From the NCBI RefSeq assembly GCF_001194135.2, contig NC_068982.1, forward strand, positions 141,134,284 through 141,180,405: a stretch of 46,122 bases of DNA, read 5' to 3'. Source of the DNA: Octopus bimaculoides (lineage: Eukaryota). A model generated the notes under the pieces. The model was not told the origin of the DNA. It saw nothing but the letters and a program-made list of their open reading frames with translations, and searched no databases. Of this stretch, positions 11,176 through 24,169 are shown piece after piece (positions within the stretch are counted from its first letter, which is position 1; each line of letters opens with the position of its first letter). The position numbers were made by a program, and so were the translations under genes.

Positions 11176-12630
11176 ATCCATCTTCCATCGTCTCCAAAGC
11201 CTCACCCTAAAAAACAAAATAAAATCATTGTTCACTTATAAAACATAATCCCCCTCCCTCAAAAGAAAACATGTTTTATATAAGTAAGCAAGGTTTTTGT
11301 ATTTTCTCAGAATTATATTTGACAAGTTAGAAAGCCGAACGAAAGCGCTAATATGGAAATTAAAGTATAAAATAAATGAAAGAAGTTTTTTCCAAAATTG
11401 TGACGACTTTTTTTTCAATAATCAATTCTGTACATCACACCTAACACTCTACACATATATGTACGTATTTATGTATGTACGTATGTATGTATGTATGTAT
11501 GTCCCTTTCATGGATACATTTGCAGACATAACAAACTGTGAACATGCTGGTGAGAAATGTCTCCCGTCGACAGTATAGATATTTCATTCAGTAAAACACA
11601 AACGAGACTGATATAATTCTCAATGATGAAACACACGACCGATGTGTTTCAGTGACTCTAACTAAATCACACGTTGTAGGTGAGTAATCAATGTGTTTAT
11701 ATATTTTGTATTTCTTTTGCACTTTAGATTATTCCTTCATTTTCCTGCGTGAGATGTTTTGTCTATCCTAAGTTACTATTTCGTTCGCTCTCCCACTCTC
11801 TCTTTATCCCTCTCTTGGCTAATATATGTGTGCGAGCATGTGTGTGTATGCATGCATACATATACACTTGTCTCTATATATATACATTGTACGTATCTAT
11901 AAGGTGTTGGTGCATTACTCTTGGCGAGGTTAAATATTACCTACGTTCCTGAGTTTGTCGAAACATTAATATATCAGTTATAAATATCTTTATTACAACT
12001 ATATATCAGGGAAATTTCACTGTTATAGCATAACACAAAACCATGATATATCGCATATATTTATAGATCAAATATTTTGGCGATACTGGTCTTTAAACGT
12101 AGCATATGCCTTCCCTTGGTTAACATTAATCCATACTATACATAACAATTTTTTAAAATATAATGATTATATTCAGTATTTACACACTCTGTGATGCTTA
12201 CTTTTGTAAAATAATTGAAATGGTTACGTTTTCAGCAGCATCTAATACAAGATGACACTCATACTTGTCTTCTAATTAATTGGCTGTTCATTAAGAAAGT
12301 GGTTATTTCGGTTTCTCAGTTCAAACTTTATTATATTTAATAGCATGTCCTCTACAGGGAGTGTGTTGCCATTATGAATGGTGAAATCTTTCCTTCTTCT
12401 CGCTGGGCTTCGCGAATGCAGATTAACAAAGCGGAATGTCCTAAACTCTGCTGACACCCAAGAAGGTAAGAGGATTAGTGTATGTAGTAGTGTCAAGAAG
12501 AGACCACTGATATGTAGGCTACAAGGTATTTCCTTAGGGAGTCACTGTAGTCCTTCTTTGTTGCTGCGTTGAACATAAAAGCCTGCGCCATAGAGAATAA
12601 TCCTGGTTAGTCGATGATCCTCCCTCGTAT

Positions 12631-12638
12631 TGACGTCA
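12631..12638. promoter_or_regulatory. Perfect CRE palindrome TGACGTCA at the edge of a relatively GC/CpG-rich patch
   Basis: Motif seen directly. Function is unproven; a single 8-mer can occur by chance in 46 kb. Confidence 0.2.
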
Positions 12639-13438
12639 CTTTTAGCTACAAACAATTTTATTCTGAGAATAGTTCAATGTTCGAATGCTAAATTTGCTGT
12701 TAACTTTAATTTCGTTCCATTGATACTCTACGTTTTAGTTATTTCACCTCTTTACCACAGATTGTAAACTGGCACAATTTGTCAATCAAGTTTTAGTAAA
12801 ATAAGTAAAAATATGGATAGAGAATATTTCCGGATGTTGCAGAAGATTTTTATAACTAAGTCTTTTGAATGAAAATTTACGAAGTTATGCATGCAGAAAT
12901 ATCATAAGACAATCCAATTATTTCATTCAGCTATTTTCTTTGTTATTTTTATCATTTGTTTTCGCTTCCCAGGATATAGGAAAGTACGCGGAGGAGAGCA
13001 ATAAGGTATCTCCCGATTATAAACACGCCCTGAATAATGTTTGTCAGTGTGTAAATCTCTAGTAAACCACAAAAATTTCATATGGCGGCATTACATCTGA
13101 AGTTGGATTAATTTAGAATATAATTTACCGTGGAAAGTGAACTCTGAATGCAAACACATGAAACTTATAAATCTTGACGTTCTTATACATTTTTCGATAT
13201 ACCACACATTATTACATTTGTACCAAATTTGAAACCAAAACTAAACTCAATGTTTGACTTTGGAAGGATGTGACTTTAGAGCGCAGAATATTAGAACAAA
13301 TGGTTCGCAATACACTATCCGACTCTCTAAGTACAATTTCTCATAGACTCCGACTATTATATGTTGGTGTCCTGTGAGCATTCTTAATACAAACTCCTGT
13401 CGAATTATATTTTAATTAAGCTCTTTTGCAGCATAAAA

Positions 13439-15164
13439 ATGGGTAATAACTTATTAAAAATTCTGTTTTTCTTTAGTGAAATTTTAAAATAAGTCATCTT
13501 GACAAAAATTGTTAAGAGTAATCTAATAAATGTTTTGAATATATTTTCATATAATTGTCAATTAAATCCTTTACGGAAAAATTATTATATTTTCAAATGA
13601 TAGTGATTTGAAGTATATATTTAAAACCATTACATTCGATGCAAACATGTTTTTATCTAAAATATTTCAAAAGAAACAGAGTCTGTATTATTTCTTCTTT
13701 AATATGCTACTAATTCTTTCATTCATGGAATCTGTTAGAATATGAGTTTTCTGTTTTGAAATATGTATTACCATAATGGCTTCATTCAGTTTACCTAAAG
13801 CAGTTGTTTTAAATATGTTGCGAACACGGATTTACGCTACATGACAAAGTCAAAGTTTCACAGTTTATTGATGCTGTAGAAATTTGGAAAATTTACGTCA
13901 AATAATATGCCGTAGAAAGTTAAAAGTAGCTCATAACGTTGGAAGTCTTTCATTTTATATCCCATAAGTAAACATATGGCAAGGAGAAAGACCAGTGTTA
14001 AAAGAATGTATAATGATAAAAGGAACAAATTTTCGCAACAATAGAATTTTTAGCCTATTTATTGCGTCAAAATGTTACAATTGTTTCCCATAAAGAATAT
14101 GAAAGCATAGCTATAATCAAATATTACTAAAAATGTCGATAATTAGAATCACGAATTCAAGAACAAATGAAGTTTTAAACTTCATGAACCAAAAGTTTAT
14201 TGAAGCATTTTGTAACGGCACAGGAGTTGCGGAAACCGACAGACATTAGGAAACACATGGGAGTGTATAAATTTGTCAAATCTAATATCTAAAGCTAGAT
14301 AAATTATATTCTCCAAAGAGATAATTTGGTATTAGATATGTAAGCTCAGTGACTACTCATAATATGAGAGCATTTTCAGTTGCAATCCGTTATTCTTCTT
14401 AAGCTCGGCAGTCACTTTTAATTGCCTATGGCAGCTTAGTTTCCAAAATTCATATTATTGAACTTTATACCAAAAATATATTCTGCATGTCCTTCTAGTA
14501 AATTTAACTTTTTGGATTTCCTAATTTAAGTTTCAAATTTTGCATATGAGCATGTACTTCTGGAAGAGTAAAAATGAACTGTACATAGATATTTGTTTTG
14601 ATATTATCTTCCAAACCTACAAGGAGATCTACAATTAATAACCGTTAAAAGAAATTTTCTGTTTCCGTACATAATGTCGAATAATATAGCGTCTAAACGA
14701 TCATTAAAAGTTAACAGTTCCAAATAAATAAGACACTGATACAAGCATTATTAACACGTGACTTCATTACCAAACGCCTAGATTGAAACATTTAGAATAT
14801 TGCAGAAATATTTATGGAATATCTAATACAATTATAAGCACTCCCCCAGTATCAGCAGAAAAAAATGTTCTGCGTAACTTCCAAATAATTCAATAATGAA
14901 TGTAACTTGAGATTTTTCTATAAATTTTAATAGGTAAAGACTTCATATGAAATGTATCAGTTATGGCGGTATAGGTTTGTATGGGATTCGTTACTATCTC
15001 AAGACATCCGATAATCAAACGTACCAGATGGGTAATATATTGTTTTGCACTTTTAAGTCATCAAATGTTGTTTGGTTATCTTTCCGTTGATATCATACTA
15101 AAGAATGAGAACCAGTGTCAGAAGAATGTATGATAATGGAAGGAACAAATATCCACAACAATAA
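13439..15164 (+). repeat. Old local direct duplication (13439-13498 ~ 15028-15062; 13991-14043 ~ 15111-15163)
   Basis: The 53-nt block matches at 44/53 with an offset of 1120; the atgggtaata...taagtcatc block is also shared. Confidence 0.75.
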
Positions 15165-16095
15165 CTATAACATTTATACCAACATATAAACAGATACCTA
15201 AGCCGGATATAGGCGTTTGTTCATGATGTTTATCAAACACGTCATGTTTAACTAGAAAGGCTCGACTGTATCTGAAATACTAGCGTAAATGCTTTTATAC
15301 AAATCGTTTTAAACTACTAGTATGCTGTATTGTCCTGACCTGTCAATAAATTGCGTTAATGAATACATGATGGTTTACAAATGTTCTACACAAGATATGA
15401 TTTATGTGGTTATGTATTTATTTGAATAATAAAATACCTTAAACATGATCGAATTACTCACTAAGAAAGTTGCCATAAGACGCACATTGATTCATCAAAA
15501 ATATCAGAATGAATTTTCTATTAAAGAGGACAAGCCTACTTTAAAGGTATTATAAGGCTACGTAAAGCAGAAAAGAATTTGTTAGATGTGTATTCAGAAA
15601 CGATTATGTACATCTAATCATTCAATACTTTTTATTTACCTACATGTCTTTGCATGGACGTAAATTATTTGTAATTTTCCATATGAAACCTGTATTAAAT
15701 AGGAGCATGTCTCCGTATATAAGAACAAATTTAACAACAAATTAGATGTCCATAATACCCTGAGGATATAAGTTTCGAAATAGACGAGGCAAGAGAATGT
15801 TAAACATATTCATAAATTCAAATCATAGCCCCAAATCGTAAACAAATATACCATGTAACTTCATAGATAATATCCTGCAGTATGAAAAACAGAGCAATAT
15901 AAAAATATGTAACTTAACAAAAGAGAAAACAGAACTTTTAATATCAGCTGCATGAGATCAAAGACTATCTCACACGCAGACATATGGATATACGTACAAA
16001 AACATAAAGTAGAGAAGTAAATTAATTACGGAGGGAGTTAATGCTAGCTGCACACAAAGAAACCCACATTATGAAGTCATATCACATCTCATTAC

Positions 16096-16168
16096 CTCTT
16101 TTGATGCTACGCCATTATGTAATTCAAAACGAGTATGGTAGGGTACTTTAGCCAAAATAGCGACAAAT
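16096..16168 (-). CDS. Candidate internal exon (FVAILAKVPYHTRFELHNGVASKE), product unknown
   Basis: Acceptor ttatttttttcctgtag, donor GAG|gtaatg, one open frame; phase-compatible with candidate exon 16554-16598. No recognisable homology. Confidence 0.2.
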
Positions 16169-16849
16169 CTACAGGAAAAAAATAACATATTTCAATTAAC
16201 TTGAACGTGACAACAATAGAGTTACATATTCTGATATATTATTCGTTAGACTGAGAAAGATATTAAAGCAGATATTTATGATAAAATTGGCAATGGTGGA
16301 ATAAAAAAGAAATAGCAGAAGCATCATGATATATATTACAAGAGACAAATTGATATGCTATCATACAACAAACACATCTTCAGTAGTAGAACGATGTAAA
16401 TCATGAACACATTAGCAAGTCTCTTCGGTTACTGCATCTGGTAGATTAAATAGCTAAATATGAAACTTTATCACATATAAAGCCTATTTTTGTTATAGGA
16501 ACGATTCCTATCATAAATTTGTTACATCATATTAAGATTAATCATGAGGCTACCTATTGATGCCTTGCCACAGAAATCGACGCGTCATCATAATTATGCT
16601 AATAAAGAAAACACCGTGTGAGGGCCAGAACAGATTTAAAAGAGCAAGCGAATATTGGTGGCTAGACTTAAGTTTTGTCATCTCGTTTATCGAGATCATT
16701 TCATATTTTAACTGGATTCACTTTGTAGCAAATCACTCCGCGTTTTGCCCAGTTTCCGTATAGCCTTCTACATTGCTGTAACATTCAAATGTACCACTAT
16801 GTCTCCAATAAAAAAAAATGAAATATATTTTATTTATTCATATTTATCT

Positions 16850-17165
16850 GGAATCCGTCGTTGAGACTATGGCTGTTCATGTCTTTGGCATAACATGAAA
16901 CGCTTTCTATACACTGGTCGGCTTTTTGATTAAATTTCCACTTTATACTCTTTATTGCAGTTCCTTTGACTCTCAGTCTAGGTCTTCTATGATTGCTTTC
17001 CCCTTGATACAGTTGGCAAGAAAAGTGGTTGATTGGGGAGCCTGTTGTCACCCATTTTGTGTACCCAACCAACGTAAATTTCTATCAATGAGGATTTTTA
17101 TCATAAGAGGCAGACCGGCAGACCCGCAGGCCGTAGGGACTCTTCATTCCTGATCTTGTCAAACA
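16850..17165 (-). mobile_element. RTE-clade LINE fragment (post-RT C-terminal region)
   Basis: Minus-strand translation gives ILIDRNLRWLG..MGDNRLPNQPLF..QLYQGESNHRRPRLRVKGTAIK, resembling the RTE consensus LRWLGHV.RM.D.R.PKQL.YG.L..G.R..G.P..R.KD. Confidence 0.75.
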
Positions 17166-19127
17166 GAGTAATATAACACTAAAAAGAAAACAATAATGTT
17201 TATACATAAAACGATGAATTATATCAGACAGCAATGGTTGGAATGTATTTCTTAGGTCTCCTCATCCAAATCCATTTTTAATAAATGAAAGTTTATTTAA
17301 AACACCATTTAGAGTTATGAGCAGGGTGGAAAGTACATGCACCATTAAATACCAGGTTTGACGTAGCCTATTTTAAAATTAGGTGTCACTTTTGTTAACC
17401 TTATTTCTACACTGAAATATTTTCGAGATGTCCCATAAAGATACTTCATAGNNNNNNNNNNNNNNNNNNNNNNNNNNNNNNNNNNNNNNNNNNNNNNNNN
17501 NNNNNNNNNNNNNNNNNNNNNNNNNNNNNNNNNNNNATATATTGAATGAAGAATATAATATAGTAAAAATGTGTTATAGATCTTATTTATTTTTGTTCTA
17601 TTTTACATCTTTCTATTGTTGAATCAAATAGAGATTTCAGGGTTATAGCATACAGGTTATCAGTCTATAAGATCTGTACCTCTTAATCTTCATGTTGTTA
17701 GTAATATATGTAAAGAAAGAAAATTAGAATTTCAGAAAATAAGATGCTGCATTTCTATATACTATCGAAGTAATATGATTGCTAAACATGATTTTTTTTA
17801 AACATATGATATATTCTTTCTAAAACACAAATAATTCGAGAGAAAAAATTGGCTACTTTACAAGATAACTATTTTTTGCTAAGATTTCCTGAGGGATATT
17901 ACAAAAATATTCCGTTTCTTTATTTGCAATATACCTTTGAAGTATATTATATTCTGTAAAAATTTTATATTCGATTTCTTAATACTTGGGGGATTTTGCA
18001 ATTTACTGAAATAGAGGTTAGTCTTTGAAATAGTCTACTAGAAATATATTTGCTATATGTAAACATATTTATAAAAACGTATATAGTAAGTATAACAGTT
18101 GCAGGTAAATATGTATGCGTGTGTATGTTGTGTGCGTGTTTGCAACAATGTATGTGCGCTCACAGGCACACAAAAACACACTCACACATACACACCCTCG
18201 GAGACGAATACACACACACCCACGCACACACCCGATCACAGAAGTACAGTTTTCTGTTGTTCGTAAACACAAATTTTCATATTTATCTAAATATAAAAGT
18301 GAATAGCTACTCCATAGTTGACAATAATTACGATTCCAGTTATTTGATCAAATAAAATACCTAATCATTAGCGTATTGTAAATCATTGAGTTTTCAGGCC
18401 ACATTCTAAAGCTAATCGAAACTACACGGTGAATCAATCTTCAGTGACACGTTTGCCCCTTCTACTTGCATGTAAAACATTTTCAAATAATATCTGTTAG
18501 CAAGAGATTGTTGTAAAAGAAACTCTATGATGTTCCCTTGCATGCTTGAAACTCGGACTAGAGAACCGATATATATCCTTTCATCGGGCAGATTATTCGA
18601 AATCCCTGTTCTCTCCCTACCACCAGGCATACAATTTAAGACCATATGTGTCCAAAGGTGAAGATATATCAAACATACCAAACAAGTAAATGACAATAAT
18701 ATTAGAGTATCTATAAACAAAGGAGTGTTTAAGAATTGTTACATTAGCAAAAAATACTCAACAACAAAGAATACTAAACGACATAATTAAAATGTGTCTG
18801 GAAAGTGAAAGAGTGAAATGCCTAAAACCTCATATACTGATATCATATCGATAATGCTTGAGTAAAAGCACATTTTCCACAGCAGTAATTATATATCATG
18901 CCTAAATCAATGAAATGTTTTAGCATTTAAATCAATTTAAACTTTTTTATTCACTAGGTGTTTGCAGGTACATAATTTAATCCTGTCCAATTGGAAAATC
19001 CGATTATTATACGATTTAGCAACCCCCAGTCCAAGAATCAATCTCAGCACACTTAGAACATTGCAACATTTTGTTAACTGAATATGTATTATATAATCTA
19101 AGTTGATGTAATATAATATTAGTAAAG

Positions 19128-19214
<87 letters not shown>

Positions 19215-19215
19215 A
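19128..19215. repeat. (ATCT)n-(CT)n compound microsatellite
   Basis: Directly visible. Confidence 0.97.
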
Positions 19216-19265
19216 NNNNNNNNNNNNNNNNNNNNNNNNNNNNNNNNNNNNNNNNNNNNNNNNNN

Positions 19266-19303
<38 letters not shown>

Positions 19304-21679
19304 TGCGCGTGAGTATGTGAGTGCGCACGCGTGTGTTATTATTTGTATTTATATTTATTTCAGAAAATGAAATGTGTTTTGCTGCTAATGAGGTCGATAA
19401 GACTTACACATACACTTTAATCTATTCAGTAAGGAATGCATGGAGGGAAAAATCTTATTCTATATAACGCATTCAGTTATTTAACAATGAGGTAATCGAC
19501 AAATGTTCTTCAATCCATTTCATTATGCGACATTTTTTCTTTACATTGATTATATCCTACCTCACGTGGAAATTTGCAACGAACCACTTGGCATTGTTAG
19601 AAATTTAAGAACGCCAGACAGACACTTCGCTGAATGAATTTCAAAATGTTTGCATTGACATCAAATCCATGTATGGTGTACTTGATGGATAAACGTAATC
19701 ATCCGACCATTTAAGCACCAATATGTGGCACTTTGATTACTTTTAGAGGAATCCACTCAGTTGGAAACATTCGAGTTTGCAACCTTCTGGTTATAGGAAC
19801 CTCCCTTCCTTCACTACCACCGTATATATATCCTGAGTGTGGTTGTTTTATTATATCAAGACTGAATAACTCAAGCAACTATTCTATAGAATGCTAGAAC
19901 TGATTCCAACACAACATAAAAATAAATTAGAATTCTCCGGTGAATCTAAAAAATAAAATCGATTCATGAGTTTTAAAATATATTAACCTATCTCGCAAAA
20001 TATATAGTATCAACAGAGGAATATCATATTCTTCAAAAACGTAATGCTTTGGGGGATTTCTTATGGCAGTTACACAATGTAAAGTTTGCGTTGAATCATA
20101 AAAATGAAACGAAATTATTATTTAAAATGTGGATATCAATAAAAATTGCTATGTTGGAGGTACTTATGGAATATCAAACCGAATGACTGAGAAAAAGAAA
20201 TTAATCTTCACAATAATAAATTGTAGAAATTGTCCAGCGATGAATTTAAGCTTTCTGCACAAAGGGTACGAGAAGCTGCATAAAAATTGTCAGCAAAACA
20301 AAGTGATTAGTAACGTTTTATATTCATGATACGTTAGAAGCTGGGGTTTTGTAAATGTCTTGTGAAAGTCATAGAAATTGAACGGATTCCCTTTATATCT
20401 ATTTTCTCATGAATAAATGCAATGGATTTCGTAGGCTTTGTTATGTTCGTATTTGACAACCTCACGAAACAAATCAGATCTTTCTAGAAAAAAAGGCATC
20501 CTGAATTATAATTGACATTGCTTTCCTTCTAACAATATTTTGTACACCATATTCAATGAATATATTCAACCAGAATAGAAAATTAAGTTATACTGAAGAT
20601 AAACATGGATGGGTGTTTAAACGCATTACTGCCCACATTGAGTTAAAATGTGCATGTCTTAATTTATTTACATGGGCAGTCATAAATATTGGTGAAAAAA
20701 GACGTTACAATATCTATTTCTGTCAATCCGAATATCTATTCATGTTTTCTTTTTCGAATCAATAACTTGAATTTAAAACAAAAAATTCAAATTTTGCGAC
20801 TGTACTAATATAATTTTATTAGATTGTTAAATAATCATACATTCATACACACATATAGACGCACATCGAAGCATACACATAAATGTTTTTGGGAATGGTG
20901 GACTTGAAGAAAAGAAAGCTATAACAGCGTCTAAGTCCTGGGTGAGAAAAAAAACTTTGGAAAGAGAACGTCGACTATATATGCGTACATAACTATATAA
21001 ATGTCTGTATACACACACCCATGTGCACACAAACATATATACATAATTGGATACAGTTCCTAAAAACGGTTATGCATTCATCTCATTCTTCTTTACTTAA
21101 ATCTGTTAGTTTTTTTTTTTGAAAATGAACCTAGAGATAGGGTTTATTCCAAATGTCTGCAACTAGAAGAGAAAGCAGATTGCATTCAATCGTTATTGAT
21201 CGATCTTTGGAGAGCGGACGGTATAAATAACAGACCGAGAGACACTAAAAAATGGGATGAACATCACGAGACAAGTTACTTAATACAAAAGGCACTGTTG
21301 TGAGAAATCTTGCCTTGACCAGATGGTGGACTTTGTTATTCAGTAGGTTTATAATGTTCAATTATGTTGCGCTTCTTTAGATTCTATATGCAATAACAAT
21401 ACTGTTTTAGAGGCAACAAATTAAACAATTGGTTCCTGAAATTGAAGCTTAGAACATCTTTAGTATTTATATACTCTTTCATATTACGGGAAAAACTTTA
21501 GATAGCCATATTCAAATGTATTTCTTATCGTCTGTGAAACTGAAATTTGCTGTTTTGTGACTCAACACATTTACGAAATTTAAACGACGCATCATTTATG
21601 CCGTAACTTGTGGAATTAAATATGTGAATTGGATTATTAGCTTATTATTAGCTATGATATGAAGAAATCATGAGTTTTA

Positions 21680-21906
21680 TTGGGTTGGTGCATAATTAGT
21701 GCAGCTTTTTTTCAACAAAGTTTCTTCAACAAAAACAATAACAACATGTAACAAAAACAGCTTTAAATGATTATTCCTGAGCATATTCACCATCTGCTTC
21801 AATTACTGCTTCCCATTTGCTTGGCAGGCGATTAAACCGTCATTTAAAGATGTTTTTGCTAAAATTTGTTGAAAAAAGAAACCGCAATCATTATGCACCA
21901 ACCAAA
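21680..21906 (-). mobile_element. Mariner-derived MITE (internal-deletion derivative, 227 bp)
   Basis: About 40-bp TIRs (TTGGGTTGGTGCATAATTAGTGCAGCTTTTTTTCAACAAA versus reverse complement TTTGGTTGGTGCATAATGATTGCGGTTTCTTTTTTCAACAAA), TA duplications at 21678-79 and 21907-08. The interior encodes RLPSKWEAVIEADGEYAQE* on the minus strand, a mariner C-terminus. Confidence 0.92.
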
Positions 21907-22189
21907 TAATTTGCTTACGAAGACAATTATTTAATGGTATTTTGTGAATCATTATTCAAAATATTCAATAAATTCATCGATATTTTCACTGTATATATTG
22001 CTTTTGATTTCTTGATTTCTATAAATATTTCCAATGCATTTCATATATGTATATATTTGTTAATAATTAGATGTTTACATGTTCACAAAAGGTGACTGAT
22101 AGTAGTTTCTCGCTTAAAAGCGGTTTCCAAACTGATATTTTACAGGTTGTTCTTCACTGTTTAAATAGGGAGTGTTTCATTACAAACAC

Positions 22190-22202
22190 CAACACACACA
22201 TA

Positions 22203-22241
<39 letters not shown>

Positions 22242-22295
22242 CACACACACATACACACACACATACACACACACACATACACACACACACATATA
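22190..22295. repeat. (CA)n microsatellite, followed by a 17-bp tandem repeat (aaatatgccatacataa x2, 22295-22328)
   Basis: Directly visible. Confidence 0.95.
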
Positions 22296-24169
22296 AATAT
22301 GCCATACATAAAAATATGCCATACATAAAAATATACATAGAGAGACGTAGACACAGATACCTGCACACACAAACAAACGTACACGCAAACAAAATGTAGG
22401 ATCTTACACATGCACACAGTGAAACACAAATACGCATATACATGTATACATTCACATATATTCATACGTAAATACATACACTAAAAGGAGGTTATGCGAG
22501 GAGAATTAAGTGGATCAAGAGTAAAGAAAATGAATTTTTTTCTGCGGTCATTTTCATATGAAATGGTTCTATAAATCTCTGCTAATGACAAAGCTATCTG
22601 CCAGCAAGTCTACTTATCAAGATGGTCACAAACGTACTCATTTAGATCTCACATATAATGCACATACATATACTTACACAAATTCACACGCACTTACTCA
22701 CACATGTATACACAGAAATACATACACAAAAACACAAAATATTTATGCTTGTATGTATGTATGTATGTATGTATGTATGTATGTATGTATGTGAGACTGT
22801 CTATGTAATTTTCAGCTTTCGTTCATTTTATAATATATTGTAATGTCTTACATAAGGAAATGGAACTGGCAAGTAGATTTTATGCTGGAAAGCTCCGCTA
22901 ATGTAACATTATTTGCTAAAACAAACCACCAACAAAATGAAATCTCTTAAGATGTTTACAATTTAAAATCTAGTTTATAACTGTTTTCAGTGTCTTATTC
23001 TAAACACAAGGGAGAATTAATTTAACATCAATTACCACGTTTTCATTAAATTTAAACTGAAATTCTATGAATATTAATGAGATGATATCTATTCTAATAT
23101 ATTGGAAACAATTAAAGGAATTGTTAATTAGGTAAACATAATTTATTAGACAATCATCGAGGAAAACCTCTTGTGAAGAATATCTGTTAATTAAATAAAT
23201 GAGGTGTAGGAGATGGAAATATTTTTCACATTCATAATTAGTTTAAAATCTCTGAGATGTCTCGTTTTATGTTTGACATATTCCAGGAACAAAATAAATT
23301 AGTTCTTTTATGAGAAGTAGAATGTATGTATTGATATATAACACATTTCCGATGCTGTCCAGGATAAGATCTATTACACTGACACCGTACCTTATGTGGC
23401 CACCCCTCACAGTTTGGTTGTGTACGTTGTAGCCGCATTCAACATTTCTTAACATATTGACGCAAGATCATATCATAAAAATGATATTTGAAGAGCTCAG
23501 CTCACTTAAACACTTATCACTTCGCTTTTGTTTTTTGTTTAATTCCTATTCGCCTTCTTCCCTTATTCTATTCCTTCAATAAACCAGATCATTTTTATTG
23601 TCTCTCAATGAAAATGTATCACATGTACTGCATCTAAGTACATTTTGAAATCAACATCCCAATGACTTTAAAACACGCATTCTTATTTGTAGTTTCACGC
23701 ACCACTTGCAATAAGATATAGTTTTCAGGCTCCAGCTTCAAATGACAACGCTTCTTAGTTTCAACCCTATTTTTGTCCCTATGCAAAACATAAGACAATC
23801 TTATTTTTTAATTCTGAAAATATTTTATCATCTAACAACTTATATCCTGCTCCCATCACAAGCTTTAACTCCTCTCTAATGAAAGCTACGAACCTTAAAC
23901 CTTATTGAAAATTTGCCTTGGATCAATCTGGTACTTTAATCTTCCCATCACCATTTATGTTTCTATCACAACTGATTACGCACCATATCGTTCACAGCCT
24001 GCGGTCAAATCAATATAGACGATGTGATACGGCATTAAGTTGCGTCCCTATGGTATTTTCAAAGCTAATTCTGAAATCGATGTTTCCAGCTAATATTTGA
24101 GCTTTGTAGTTTTAAGTTTTAGATGAGTTCTTTCTTCAAGTAGCGTAATATCATTGGTAAAGTCATGAC

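Noticed and set aside
15760-15790. CTGAGGA...CGAAA hammerhead-like spacing
   Set aside because: No stem II pairing, and no A15.1-U16.1/H cleavage triplet.
18501-18657. In-frame TGA followed by Cys (QEIVVKETL*CSLAC...) as a possible selenocysteine exon
   Set aside because: It is not a CxxU or UxxC motif, there is no homology or identifiable SECIS, and a stop in random sequence is the simpler explanation.
23238-23438. ORF containing CQCNRSYPGQHRKC, superficially EGF-like
   Set aside because: Cys spacing does not fit an EGF consensus, and there is no supporting splice frame or neighbouring EGF exon.
23900-24060. Minus-strand VYIDLTAG as a further LINE RT motif
   Set aside because: It is a single weak motif without flanking RT motifs; not enough to call.
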